A stretch of DNA of 64,000 nucleotides, from the NCBI RefSeq assembly GCF_018350175.1, contig NC_058368.1, forward strand, positions 196,356,001-196,420,000. Reading direction: 5' to 3'. The notes below the pieces were generated by a model. It was given only the letters and a program-made list of their open reading frames with translations. It ran no database searches and was not told the DNA's origin. This document shows positions 1 through 14,100 of this stretch, one piece after another. The stretch comes from Felis catus. Its lineage: Eukaryota. How positions within the stretch are numbered: position 1 is the stretch's first letter; each line of letters opens with the position of its first letter. The translations under genes and the position numbers were made by a program.

Positions 1-408
1 CAGCCTGGGAAACTCTGGGCCCCTCCCAACCCTGGTCTTCTAGCCCCAGCTGCACCTGCGGGTAAGGCTGGGAAGCAGCTGGAGGGGGAAAGGGGACGGC
101 CTCCTGCCTCGGCTGGGTAGTCTTGAGCAAGTCTTCCCTTTCGGTGGGCCTCAGTTTGCCCAGATGTACAAGGGGGGCAAAGCTGTCTTCAAGGGCTTCC
201 TCCTCTTCATCACCCTTCCTCAGCCCACCCACCCACCACGGCCATACCACAATGGCAGAGCAAGTGTCAGAAGCCGAGGGACCCGGGGAAGCAAACAGCT
301 GAGCCTCGGTTCCCTCGGCCGTCCAACGGGAGCCGGAGAGCCCTGGGCTGCCCACCTCATGGTTCTCAGAGGTAAGGAGAAGGGGTGAGAAGGATGAGCT
401 TGTTGGTG

Positions 409-414
409 TTTATT
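409..414 (-). terminator. SLC6A7: Probable SLC6A7 polyadenylation signal (AATAAA)
   Basis: tttatt on + is the only canonical hexamer I found in the ~1.5 kb after the stop codon. Confidence 0.75.
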
Positions 415-1893
415 GACAACAAACGGACGGAACATGGATGGGCTGGGGAGACAGCAGGACAAAGGGCACAGAGGCCGGCCTGCTGCACAAGGGTGCTCCG
501 CCCCGCTGGGGAGCACTGTGTGGGCAGAAGCTCTACTCAGGCATTCGCACACCCCACCCCCATCTCTCGGGGGTGAGTGGGGGCCCCAGGACAGCCTCTC
601 CTGTGCCAGGGACTGAAGATGCCAAGGCCTCTGGCCACGGGGCTGAGGAGTCGGCTGCCCTGGGCTCGCTGGCTCCACCCCTCATGCCTGGGCCCGGGGA
701 CCCGCGTCCCGGAGCAGGGGTGGGCAGCATCAGGACCAGACAGCCACGTGTGCGGACCATCTCCAAGCCTCTTAGTTGCCTTGGTCGTCCACAGCCAAGG
801 CCAACTTCCCAGCAGTGCCCGGAGCTGGAGGAGACAGTGAGGGCCGCCAGGGCACGGAGAAGGGAATGCAGGGGCTTTGGGTCCTGACTAGGACCCCTCA
901 CTCCCACCTATCCACTTGTGTCCTCTGTCCTAATCATGCCCAGGGCTCCCTACACCAGAGGGCGGGGGTCCAGTGTGGGAGGCTGCCGGCCCTTTTCTGG
1001 GGGGGAGGGGAGCGTGGGGTCCTCCTCCTTTCCCCGCCCCACCCCCTCACTCAGGCCACCGCCCCTCTTGCCTGCCCTCCACAGGCCTGCTTCCTCTGCC
1101 CTGTCCCCTCGAAGCCACCCTGCACGCGGACCCTGAAAGATATTCTATCGAAAGCACACCCAGATCATGCAAACCCCTGCCCACCCCACGTCCCTCCTCC
1201 CCCTCCCCCTCATTCGTCATTCCCACTTGGACCCTGCTGTAACCTGGGAACACTTTGGTGTCTGCCTGGGGCTCCAGGGGAGGCACAGGGGTTACACGGG
1301 GGCCTCCATCCCCTGCCCTCCTCTTCCTCTCTCCCTCCCAACTTGCCCCATCCTCTAGGGCCTTCAGGCCCCACCTCCTTCAGGAAACCTGGTGGGCACA
1401 TGAGTCCTCAGGGGTCCTTCTCCCACCTGACTTGCTAACCCTTGATGCCTGGGGCCTCGTGGGCCTTGCCATGCCCTGGGCGTCCCTGCCCAGCTCGGAT
1501 TCTGGCTGTTCGAAGTGTATGGGGAGCCTCCCCTAGAAAAGAGAGGAGTCTGGGCCCTGAACGGAGATGAGAAGATGCTCCCACCTGCCACATGAGAAAG
1601 GGAGCTGGTTGGCCAGCAGGCCTGGCGTCCAGTCCCCTCCGCCATGTGACCTTGGGCAAGTCCCTCCTCCCTGGCCTCAGTTCATACATCTGCGAAATGA
1701 GGGCTGAGCTCTGAGTGGGTTTGTGTGCACGCGCGGAGAAGGTAGACGGAGGAGAGGCAGAGGCCACAAGAAAGGACTTGCACGGGGGACCGGCATCACC
1801 CGGGGCAACCTCCCACGGCCTCGGGGCCTCTCAGAGCCCCAGAGGGCACAGCTACCCTTTGCGGCCGGGCAGGCTGTCCGCCTGCCTCCTGTC

Positions 1894-2103
1894 TCACATC
1901 ATAGACTCCTCCTCCTCAGCGATCTCGCGGTCCACCTCGATGGCAGTGTTCTCGAAGCTGGTGATGCCCCCGTACTTGCGCATGTGCACCATCAGTGGCT
2001 TGGGTGACTGGCTCCCCACGAGCGTGGCCACGTACATGCCAGTCCGGTTCTCCTCCAGCGATGGGCCCCAGTCCATGGTCGGTCGGCTGGCCTGCTGGAG
2101 CCG
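1894..2103 (-). CDS. SLC6A7: SLC6A7 exon 14, coding part (RLQQASRP...EEEESMM*)
   Basis: cag|CGG acceptor, TGA at 1896-1894, 210 nt. Confidence 0.96.
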   Translation of the reverse strand, partial: RLQQASRPTMDWGPSLEENRTGMYVATLVGSQSPKPLMVHMRKYGGITSFENTAIEVDREIAEEEESMM

Positions 2104-5100
2104 CTGCAGCAGAGCAAGGAGAGCGGTGAAAACGGCCGGCGCTCGTGGTGCAGGGCTTCCTGGGGCCGGACACCGGGCAGAGACCTCACCACGGCACCTG
2201 GATCAGTCCGCGCAAGAATCCCAGGGGGCCCGGGCGGTAGCACCTTCCCCAGGGGAGTGAGCCACACGCCTGGATGAGAGTCCTGCTCTGCTGTCACGAG
2301 CTGGGTGGCCTTTGGGCATGGGATTTAAGCTTTCCATGCTGTTTCCTCCTCTGTAACTGGGGGATCATGATGCCCTCACGGGCAGGCCCTGAGATGCAGC
2401 ACTTAGCAGGGTGCCGGGAACAGGGCAAAGCCCAGTAAATGGTGTCTGCTGTGACTGCAATCCAGGGGCCCACTCTGGGTGCCTTCCCCTAAATGCTGAG
2501 TCCTAAGGAGCTGGGCGGTTTGGGAAAGAGCCAGGAAGCAGGAGAACTGAGGCAGGACTGTCGCTGACCTTCCAAGTGTCTAACATTTGGCCTCGCTCTG
2601 ACTCTGATGTCTGACCTTTCCCTCTCAAGCCCCAGTTTCCATGGGAGGAGGGAGGTGACTAAGACAATGACTAAGTCTGGACGTTCCAGGGTTCCTCCCT
2701 TTTCCAACTACATTCCCAAAAGCCTTCTGCCTGAGCTGCAGGGAGAAGAGCCCCAGACCCTTGAAGGCAGATGGACAACCAACATCAAGTGGAGCCTGCT
2801 GGGTGCAGATTCAAGGAGGATAACGTGTGCGATGCCCTTAGCCCGGGGCCTAGCATGGCTCCATACGCAAAGCATGGTGACACTTAACTGTTGTAGAGCA
2901 CATCACCCCACTGCTCAGAAACTTGCCAGTGGCTTATCATCTCACTTAGAATGGAACCCAAAGTGCTCACCACGGCCTCCACATCCTGGCCCCTGCCTGC
3001 CTCCCTGACCTCAGCTCCGACCACTCTCCTTCTGCCCTCACCTGCTCTGATCCAGTCTCGCCGACCCCCTTGCTGCCCTCAAACATGCCAGCCCCTCCTG
3101 CCTCAGGGCCTTTGCACCGACTGTCCTTCTGCCTGGAATGCTCTCCCCTTCCAAAGCTAGATAGATCACCTTGTCGATTTGGTCAGGTTTCTGTCCCCAC
3201 ACACACCCCCACCCCCCCTGGGAGGTCTTCCCAGACACCCTGGCCAAAATACCACCTTCCATCATTCTCTATTCCTAAATTTAGGGTTTGTTTTTTGTTT
3301 TTGTTTCTGTGTTGTTGTTTTTTTTTAAGTATAGTACTTGCCACTACCTTTATGCATTTGTTTGTTTATTGTCTGTCTCCCACATTAAAATACAAGCTCC
3401 CTGAGAGCAAGGACTTAGGTCTGCTCCCAGCTGCACACTAGTGCCTACATCAAGACTTCCTGACCTGAGAACTGTGGACGTCTCGGCCTGGAGAGTCCCT
3501 GCGTAAGGGCTGTTCTGCACACTGAGGATGGTTAGCAGATCCCTGCCCTCTCCCCACTGGATCCCGGGAGCATCCCCTGTGCACACTGTACTCTTACGAC
3601 AATCAAAGTGCCTCCAGACATTACCAAATGTCTTCTGAGGGCAAAATCGCCCCCGTGAGAATCCCTGGTGGGGAACAAAACATTCACCATGTTCCAGCCT
3701 TACGCTAAATGTGGGCTTCTTCAATCCTTACAGAGTCCCTGGGAAAGGGGCATTATGACTTTCATCATCTACTCCCACAGATACTATCTGGAGGTAAAGT
3801 TCAGCAAGGTCGGTCACCTTGGCCAAGCTCACACAGTGGTCATCCTGGGGTTTGAACCCAGGCAGTCTGATTCCATCCTAAACTTTTAGAATACTGTGCT
3901 TTTCTGCCCCTCACAGTTCTGAGGATGCTGACGAGCCTCTTTTCTTCTCACAGCAACCCTTAAGGGTAGGTGTCACTGTCCTGACTTTAAGGAGAGAGAA
4001 AGCAGGGTTCAGAGAGGTGTGTTAACTTGCTTAGGGTCATGCAGCTGGCAAAAGGCAGACCTAGGATTCCTCCTAGTGTGTCAGTGCTAGAAGCCCTGGT
4101 TTCTGAAGGTGGCACTCCGGACCTGGGCAAGTCCTCTGCAGTGCTGACCCCACAACAACATGGCCCGCCACCTGGCTGTCTCCTCCTTTCCTTTGCAGAC
4201 ACCCTGGCTGTCACGAAAGGAGACAGGTTTCCTTTAGAGGTACAGGTGGGGCTCCCGAGGTTCAGAGAAGGCAAGGCGTTTGCTCCTAGTCACACAGCAA
4301 TTGGAGACAGAGCGGTGGCTGGACTCCAGGACTAGCCTGTGGTCTGGGTGGTGCAGTCATTTCTGCAGGGGGAGGGCTCTGAGCCTCTCTCCAGGTGGAG
4401 ATGTGAAGGTGGGGTGGGGGACAGCTGAGGTGCAGTGGAGCTCTATGGGAGGTGGGAGAAGTAGGGAGCTGACGAGCAGGCTGGGGGTGGTGGATGGAGG
4501 GGCACAGGAGGCTCGATTTGTCACCAGTTCCGGTGGTGTAAATATTCCCACCAAGGTCAGTTTCAAGTTATTGATGGTTTAACAACTGGCTCACAATATC
4601 CCTGAGTATTTAACAACTAGCTCTTATGAACTAAACAGAGCACTAGCTGGCTCTGTTTGGGGGTCCGTAGGCTCTTCCCAGGCCCTAGTAGCCTCCCTCA
4701 GCTCTGCTCACTATGACAGCCTCTTGCCCCCAGAGGACTCCACACCCATGGCGTCAGAAGTCCCGAGAGTGTGATGAGGCTCAGAGAGGGGCAGAACATT
4801 GCCGTGGTCACACAGCATCACAGCACACCCACTGGCCCACTCCCCTCTTCTGAGGCCTGCAGATCCCCGTGCCCAGACAGCTTGCATTCTCTGTGCTTTC
4901 TAGATCTCTTCACAAAGCCTGGCGTGGGCAGGGCTCCCACCATCAGCCCGTTCTCAGGCCACCCGTGGGCTGCAGCAGGGAGAAGAGTGACAGTCTACCC
5001 TCTGGGGTCCCTCAGTGTTGCCTTCTGACTTTGAGTTTCATAGGGAAGCTTTGGGCTGGTGACCGGAGTCTAGGTCCTGACCTCTGCCCGACTCACAGTG

Positions 5101-8100
5101 GGACCCTGGGCCATTCCTTTGTCTTCTCCCCAACACACGTGGACACTGGCCAACATCGGTGGTCTCTGGAGTGTGCTCCCCCTCAGAGGCCTCGCGTGGC
5201 CCTGGGGGCCACAGGGCAGGACCCGAAGCCCCTTGAGACTGCCTTACCCCAAGCAGGATTCATAGCTCAGGCTATTGGCTGGAAAAGCCTGCAAGGCCCT
5301 GGATAAGGTGCTGGTGCAGATGTGTTCTGTTCCAGCAGGTGGGCCCGGGGCAGGGCCATGGGTCGGGAAGACCAAGGGCAGACTTACCTCCCAGAGCGAG
5401 CCCTCCTCCCGGAGCACGGCCACCAGCATGCCGGCTGGGATCATGAGGCAGGACAGCAGGCCCATCAGGATGCCCAGCAGCTCTGCCCAGGCTGGGAATC
5501 TGTAGCTGCCGTACTCTGAGGGCTGGTACTTGACGATGCTGTATACCAGCAGGGCCTGCAGGCGGGGGCCCCAGCATCACAGTGGGCTTCGCACAGGCCC
5601 CAGGGCTTGGGGTAGCCCAGGTCTGAGCTACCTGAAGGCCTGAGGGAGCCCAGCTCAGAGCCACCCAGTGTCGGAGATAACCTTAGCTGTGCAGAACCTA
5701 AGACGGTCCATCCTCGGAGCCTTTGCAAGGCCTGAGACAGCCCAGCTCTGAAGCACCCAATTCCTGAGACAGCCTGTGCCTGAACTGCTTCAATTCCAAG
5801 GCCAAGAAAGCACAGACACAAGCAAACACACGAGCCTCAAAGCCCCCGCCCTAAGGCCCCGAGGCCTGAGAATGCCCCACTCACTTTGCCAATCAAATGC
5901 AGGGCTAGGGCCAGCCCGGCTACAACAGCTGGGGACATCAAGGGGACGGGAGTAGACCAAGATCCTGGTGCCCACCCACCCCTCAACCCTGACAGAGGCC
6001 CACTCCGGGGCCAGGGCAGCCCTACCAGCCTGAGTGCCCAGGGCGGGGCCCTACTCTCAGCTCCGGGGCCCCAGCCAGCAGCCTTCTTTCCCACCCATTA
6101 CCAGAAGCGTGGCCGGGGACAGGAACAGCCAGCAGGCCCTGAAGTACAGGCCCGGCTTGAAGCCCAGCATCATGTGGATGTCCCGGCAGAACCTCTGGAT
6201 GCCTGCACGGGGGAGGGGAGGAGAATGGCCCCACCAGCAGCCCCTCCTCCACCCCAACTGCCCCGACTGGAGACCCTGGCCCTTGGGACCGGGGACCCAG
6301 TGCAGGCGGGCTCCAGAGTAGACTCCCACCCTCCCACGGTGGGGAGCCTCAACGCCGCCTCCCGTGGCCCCTCTCACCATACACCCGGGTGACGGCGAGG
6401 CACGTGGTGATCACCACCACCATTAGCCCGAAGCTGGCGCTGTAGTCGTCCAGAAGCACCAGCCAGTACATGCCCCCCTGGAACACAAGGCACAGCTCTG
6501 GGGTTCCCTCACCCCGGTCTTGCTCCCTGCTGCGACCCCTTCTCCAGGCAGGAGGTGGGCAGGAAGCAGCCAGGCCAGCGGTGACAGCAAGACGGTAACA
6601 GTGGGACGGCTGTCTACCTGCCAAGCCCTTTACACACACCATCCTATCTGAGTCTCACAACAATCCTAGATGTAGACCCCCATCTTATTGGTGGGAAAAC
6701 AGGCTCCGGGAGGGGAAGCCACTTGTCTTGGGGTCATTCAGCCAGAGCAGGAACCAGGCTGGAGGCCAGGTCTTTTATACTTCCAAGCCAGGACTCTGGG
6801 TCCTAGACCGAGCTGCCCTCGGGGAGAGCGCCTGGGGTGGGCCAGCTGCCTCCCGAACAGAAACAAGCCGGTAGCCCAGGGAACGATCACAGACATTGCT
6901 GCGGGCGCCTGCCCCTGCCTCACCCACCAGCTGCCCACCCACCCCGAAGCACCACTCACGTCGGTGGTGAGGACCAGCCCCATCAGGTACATGGCCACGC
7001 AGATGAGCCCCGAGAACACAGCCTTCTTGGGCCGCAGGTAATACGGGAACTCGTCTGTCACAGCTGTCACAATGGTCTCCAGGAAGGCAAACTGGGGGGA
7101 GGGGGGAGGAGGGTCAGAATTCTGCCCCCCTCACAGCACACGTGCACAGACACCCCCAGAGGTACACACAGACACATCACACGGATACATCACGCATAGA
7201 CACAGCACACACAGACGCACACACACACAGTCGCACATCTCACACAAAGACACACATCACACATGGACACACACAGACGCACCCACCTCACAGACACAAA
7301 CACACACCACAGGGGGCCCGCTGGCACACACGAGGCTCACCTGGCTATCCAAGCCAAGAGTCAGGAGCATGAAGAAGAAAAGGAAGGACCAGAAGGGCGA
7401 CAGAGGCAGCATGGTCATGGCCTGTGGGTAGACGACAAAGGCCAGGCCGGGGCCTGGGCCAAGGGCACAAAGAGTCAGCAGCCTGGGGCACGGGGCAGGT
7501 CCCCCACATGCACACTCAAACACACGCGGTCGCTTACATCCACCGGGCCATACTAGTTCAGCCAAGCCCAGAGACGCACGCTATCTGCACACCTCTAACA
7601 CTTAACTCCTAGGACGCAGGCCAGTGCATTGTTGGTGCTCAAGAAACATAGATTGATAAAATAAATGGATTAACAATGAGTGTGTGAGAGGTGCCTCGGT
7701 GGCTCAGTCGGTTGGTCATCCGACTCTTGATTTTGGCTCAGGTCAGGATCCCAGGGTCGTGGGATCGAGTCCCACATCGAGCTCCATGCTGACGATGGAG
7801 CCTGCTTAAAGTTCTCTTCTCTCTCTCTCTCTCTCTCTCTCTCCCTCTCTCCCTCTCCCCTGCTCTCTCTCTAAAATAAAAAAAAAAATGAGTACATGAA
7901 TAAACCCAAGACCCAACATAAAACCTCACTTGCATACACTTACGTATACCATCACTGACACAAACAGTCCCACTAACACACACACTTAGACACGTCCACT
8001 GGCACAAGACACTGATTCGCATCCTCATTTGAACCCTCAGTTCACGTGCACACAGACCTCTTGACATAGGAAATGACTCACTTGGACAAACAAGGCAAGT

Positions 8101-11100
8101 TACTAAGACGTGATCAAACATAAGACACTCTCGCACAGAAATCCATTTATCTCCGGACTCAGGTTGACGCACACCCCCTTTGCACTCGGACACCCAGAGA
8201 CCGGCAAAGACACACGCGTTCGTGTGCGCGCAAACCCACACACGCACTGGACAAACCCATCCGCGACCTTGCCGGTCCGAGCTGTGCTCCCTGGCCCAGC
8301 CCCAGCGGTGCCCCCCCCCGCCCCCCCCCCCCCTCACCCACCAGGGCTGGCCGGCCTGCCCACCTGCTTTGGCCACTTGGTCCACAGGCACACCCAGCTC
8401 CTGAGACATGTAGCCCAGCACGGAGAAGATGGCGAAGCCAGCCAGGATGCTGGTGATGGCGTTGCCCAGAGTGACGATGAAGGTGTCTCTGCCGGGAGAG
8501 GTCCGGGCACAGAAGTCCAGGCCAGAGTGAGCGGGCCCCGCCCTCACCCCAGGAGGCCCGCCCTGGCCAGCCACTCTCCTCCCTGCTCTGGCCTCGAGGG
8601 CTCTGAGGCTGCACTGACCTATAGATGTTCTGGTGAAACGTGTTGTAGGAGGCAAAAGTGAGGAGACCCCCGAAGCCCACACCCAGGGAGTAGAAGATCT
8701 GAAGAGCAGCTTCGATCCACACCTGTGGCAGGAAAGGGTGCAGATGGAGAGCAAAGAGGAGGGGCTGCACACCGTGGCGTCCAGAGGGCCAAGGAAAGAG
8801 GAGGAAGGAGGTGGAGAGCGAGTCGGCAGGTCCAGGGATGGTGCGGTAAGGAGCCCGGCTCACAAGTGACACGGGCTGGGAGCAAACCCTGTTCCAGCAC
8901 TTACACTGCAGGACTGGGGAGGGTCCCTTTCCGGGCCTCAGTTTCCCCATCCAGGATCTAGATGATCGCTAAGCTTGGTCCAGTTCTGAAGGAAGTGGCG
9001 TCTCATGTAAATTTTCAGTAGATTCATATTGACAGTAAGCCCATTGGAACCCCTTTCCCTCCTCCCTGGAGTTGGAGGGACCCGGATTTGATTCTAGCTC
9101 CCCACTTTCTAGCTGTATGGCTTAGGCATGCCACAGCTTCTCCCTGAGCCTCGGGCCCCTCCTCTGAAATGAGGGTGGTGGTGAGGACTAATGACCACGC
9201 ATGTGCAAAGTGCTAAGGCGTGGTCAGGCGGGCATTCGTTAATAAATGAGAAGTGTTAAAGCCGTCGGTACCATTGTTTCCATAATTACAAATGCCCTCC
9301 TTGGGGTGTGGAGTCAGATCTGGGTTGGAATTCCGGCTCTGCCACTCCCTAGCCCTGTGACCTTAAGCTTATCACTCTTTTGGGCCTCAGTTTCTTCATC
9401 TGTAAAATGGATGAATAATGTCTTCCCTTTTTTTACATTTCTTTTTTAAGTTTTATTTATTTTGAGAGAGAGAGAGAGCACACACGGGCTCGCACGGGTT
9501 GGTGGTGGGGGGCAGACAGAGATAATCCCAAGGAGGCCCCACACTGTCAGCGGGCACCATGAGTGCAGAGCCCCACACGGGGCTTGAACTCAGGAACCAG
9601 ATCATGACCTGAGCCAAAATCAAGAGTCAGACGCTTAACCGACTAAGCCACCCAGGTGCCCCTTAAGGTTTATATATATTTTTTTAGGATTCTACATCAA
9701 ATGTGGGGCTCAAACTCATGACCCCAAGATCAAAAGTCGTACGCTCCTCTGACTGAGCCAGCCACGTGCCCCAGAATAATGTCTACTTCACAGGATGGTG
9801 AAGAATAATAAGTGAAAAAGACACACAGTGTTGAGCACAGAGCCGAGCCCAGGGTCTGGTAGCAGGGGCCCATCACATGGAGGATTCCTACCCCCTTCTT
9901 TTTTTTTTTTTTTTTAACGTTTTATTTATTATTGAGAGACAGAGAGAGACAGAGCATGAGCATGAGCATGGGAGGGGCAGAGAGAGGGGGAGACACAGAA
10001 TCCGAAGCAGGCTCCAGGCTCCGAGGTGTCAGCACAGAGCCCGACGCGGGGCTCGAACTCGCAAACCGCGAGGTCATGACCTGAGCCCAAGTCAGATGCT
10101 TAACCGACTGAGCCACCCAGGCGCCCCCCACCCCCACCTTCTTTTCCCCAGGGGCACCCTCTTTCTATTCCCTGGCTCAGGCCTGACCCCTCCCTCTATG
10201 CGCCAGCCCCGAGGGCCTCACCTTGGAAGACAACAGATGGTGGAACTGAGGGGTGAGATAGAACTGGATACCCTTCCAGGCCCCTGGGAGGGTGACTCCT
10301 CGGACCAGCAGCATGAGCAGGATGAGGTAGGGGAACGTGGCCGTGAAATATACCACCTGAGGCACGATAAGTGGGGAGGGAAGGCAGGGGTGACCTTCCT
10401 TCCACCCTGCTCCTTTTCCAGAAGTCTCCATTTTACCCAACTCACCTCCCCAGTCTTTGGGTAGGCCAAGATGAGAAGAGCCATCATTCATGATGCTTTT
10501 CTTTCCTTCCCTGCGCCCCTCCCTCCACACATGGATCCCTCAGCAAAGTCCTGTCGCTGCTTCCCAAGGAGTCCCTGACCCACCCACTCTCTCCAGCTCT
10601 GCAGTGCCCTGGTCCAGGCTGCCTTCGCCCCTTGCCCGGAAGCCTTGCCTTGCAGGGGTTATGAGAGTTTCCCCTCCGATGCGTGCACCCCCTGTGCCCC
10701 TAGCCCAGGAAAGCCCACCTTGCGTGGTCAGCAGCCACTGCACATTCCAAAACTCCCCTCCATCCTGTCTCCACCTGTTCCCAAAACTCCAGCCATTTTC
10801 TCAGCAAACGCCACCAGGTCTCAGGCTCGTCACTGTCCCGACTTGCACCATGATTGTTTCTCCCCTCTTTCTCATTGGTTTCTACCCTACCTTTCTAGTC
10901 TTTCTTTTGGTTCTGTTCCTCGTGGGCGACACTTCCCAGCATTTTGCACAGGGACAAGTTCTAATTTATAAATGAGTGAATAAACCACTCAGAAGGTTTC
11001 CAAGTCTTTCTAAAACAGCTTCATGGTCCTTTCCACCCTTCATAACCTCAAGTGGGCACCTGTGGCTTTGTCTGCCTCTCATCCATCTGGCCTCCTTCAG

Positions 11101-14100
11101 ACACCAGTCACCTGACTTTCCCTAGCTGGGACTGACCCCATTCCCAGCTCCAGAGGTGGGCACCTGACCAGACCCAGCCAAGCAGAGCACCCCACCCTCC
11201 TGGCCACAGTGATGGGTTCAGGGATGGGAACATGACCCAGCCTACACAGTGAGACCCAGTTCTAGGGTTTTTGAGAACTGGAGCAAGGGAGAACCTTTCA
11301 CCAAGCAGGTAAGATACAAAGCACTCCTGAGAGACCAAGAGAACCACATTCCTGATAACATCCTTTGAACCCCTAGACCCAGCTATACCTGAAGCACACC
11401 CTCTGGACTTTCCAATCGAGTGTGACAACTGGGTTCTGGTCAGTTACCTCTGACTCATACACCCACCTTCCAAACATTCAACAAACACATGCGGACGGAG
11501 CCTCTTCAAAGTGCCAAGCACTGGGTCAGGATGCAAACTTGAGTAACAGATCAGTCCTGTCCCTGGCAAGTTTCTAGCCACTGCCCACCCTTACCGACAC
11601 ATCTTTCTTCCTCCCCCTTCCCAATCCCTAGCCACCCCCCCTCCCCCCCCCCCCCCCGCCCCCCGCCCCTGCCCCTGAACTTTTTCCCAGTAGGAAGTCT
11701 ATTCATCCTCTCAGGCTCAGTCCATGCCCTGCCTCCTCCGGGAAGTCCTCACGCCTCCCAGCCCCTCAGGCCTCTAGGGCCTCCCAGAAGGCCCTACCTT
11801 GCCCGAAGACTTCACGCCCTTGAGGATACAGAGGAACACGATGACCCAGGCAAGCAGCAGGCAGAGGCAGAGGTTCCAGCGGATCTCCCCAGGACTGCCA
11901 ATGCCCCGGCTGCCTTGGATGTGGAGAACGTAGCGGCTGTGGGGGATGGATTTGAGAGTCCTCTGGTCACCCTGCCACACGCCACACACGCGGGGCAAAG
12001 CCGCGGCCAGCAAGGTTCCTATCACTGTTGTCACCAGCATCACGATCGTCTGCCAGCATTTACTCAGCATGATTATCCAACAGGCTGGATGGCACAATCG
12101 TACCTTCTTTCCCTTCATCCTCACAGTGACCCTCAGAAATATATGACCAGACCCACATCAAAGGCAGAGCATCAGAAGCCAAATATATTGGGTAAGGTTG
12201 CACAGCTGGTCACTGAAGAGCTGGGATTAGAACCAGGGTCCACCTAACACCAGCACCGGCACTCGGCCTTCCAGGTGCACGCCGAGCCCCTGGGGGACGC
12301 CGGCCCATCCTCGCCCCCTCCCTGCTGCCGGCGCCTAGGGGCCCGCAGCGGCCTGACCTCCAGTACTCCTCGCTGGGGCTGACGGTGCTGGTGAGGTTGA
12401 GGGGCAGGGCTCCATTGCCATCCTTGGAGCCTCTGTGCTCAAGGCAGAGGTCTGTGTTCCACCAGTTGCCACAGTGTTCCCAGGGCAGGTTGCTGGTGAG
12501 GGAGGCGAAGAGGTAGAAGAGGACGTAGGCGATGATCATGTTGTAGTAGATGGCCACCAGGCCTACGATGAGCAGCATGGCCGCGCCGGCACCTGGGGGT
12601 GGGGGAGTGGGGGCTGCCCTCAGGTCGAGGCCTCCTGCAGGCCAGGCTGTGTGGCCTTCGGAAGCCATCCCCTCTCTGAGCTTCATCCCCCCGTCTGCCT
12701 AGAGGTTGGGGGAAGGGGGCAGCCTCCCTGCCTCCCCCAGGCCCGGACCCCTCCCGGGACGATGAGGCCTCACCTTTGAAGAGGGGGCTGATTTTCCAGA
12801 CGGCCAGGGGTCCCAGGCTGGAGAACTGGCCCAGAGAGAGCTCGAGGAAGAAGAGGGGGATGCCACAGATGGCCAGCATGAGGAAGTAGGGCACGAGGAA
12901 GGCACCTTCGAGGAGGAAGGAGGTTGGGGAAGGTCTCGGGTGGGTCAGCTCCCCTAAAGCCCAGCTCCGGCCCCGCCCCTGCCCTGATGGCAGACACCTG
13001 CGACCCCACAGAACACTTCTCATGCGGACTGGCACTGTCCTTTTATACCAGCTCACTGAGAGCCAAGGGGGCTGGTGGGGATCTCCCCACCTCTGCAGCC
13101 CCAGGGCCCAGAGGAGAGCTGGGCCTCGAGCAAACACTGAGTGAGTGAACGAATAAAGGAGTGAATTCCCTGCCGGAGAAAAGTGCAAACGCGTCAGTAT
13201 GGAAATGAATGAACACCCTGCAGAATCTGGCCCCGATCTGCCACGCCCCCTTAGATGCTTGTGGCTGCCACGGGCCATCCCGTGTGCCCAGTATCCCTCC
13301 CCATTTGCTTCTCATACCGGTAGCTGTCTCCTTTAGAGAACTGCCCGCCACTATAGGGCTCTGGGAGGACTGTCACTCATAACAGCCACCCCACCCCATC
13401 CCCTCAGATGTATTTATCCCAAGCCAAGCCAGTTCAAGACCTTCCCTGCGGTCCTATATGGATTCACTCAGAGAGAACAGTTCTGAGGATAAAGTCATTC
13501 CAGAGTTGTCTGTGCACCCCCCCCCCCCCCCCGCAGCCCAACCTCAAGGAGGGAGCCTGTCCCAGCAGAAAATGAGGTGAGCACCCAGAGAGAAACAGAA
13601 TCGGGAACCAGGGAAAGGGAGAGCCAGCAGAACTGGGGCCATTATCGAGTTCCTAGAGCATCAGAGGCCAGCTACAGTCCCGCACTTCCTGGTCACAGCA
13701 ATTCATCTTTTCCTTGCCTCATCTACTCCTATTTGGATTTCTGTCGCTCTGCCAATAGGTGTTTCTTCAATGAGTTTGGCAGAAATGGGAAGGAGGCTTC
13801 GAGGGCGGGTGGGAGCACGCTGGCTCTCGAGAAGGCAGAATGGAAGGTGGAATGTTGGGTCGGCCACCAGATGACCTTGGACAAGGAACCTGGCCTCTCC
13901 AAGCCTTGGCCGTCAGATCAGGACAATGGTGCCGCCCAGGAGGGTTGTCGTCAGGGTTAAGTGAGAATACCAAGCCCGGGGCCTGGCAGATGGTGAGTGT
14001 TCAACCCCAGCTACTGTTAATGAGACATCGAACAGTCACTTGATGGCGAAGCAGGGACGGCGGAGGATTTGTTGAAGATGGGGGAGACTTCACGTATGCA

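Noticed and set aside
7738..8950. Long ORFs of 344 aa and 263 aa on -
   Set aside because: They are read-through of SLC6A7 exons 8 and 7 into GC-rich intron and SINE sequence, not separate genes.
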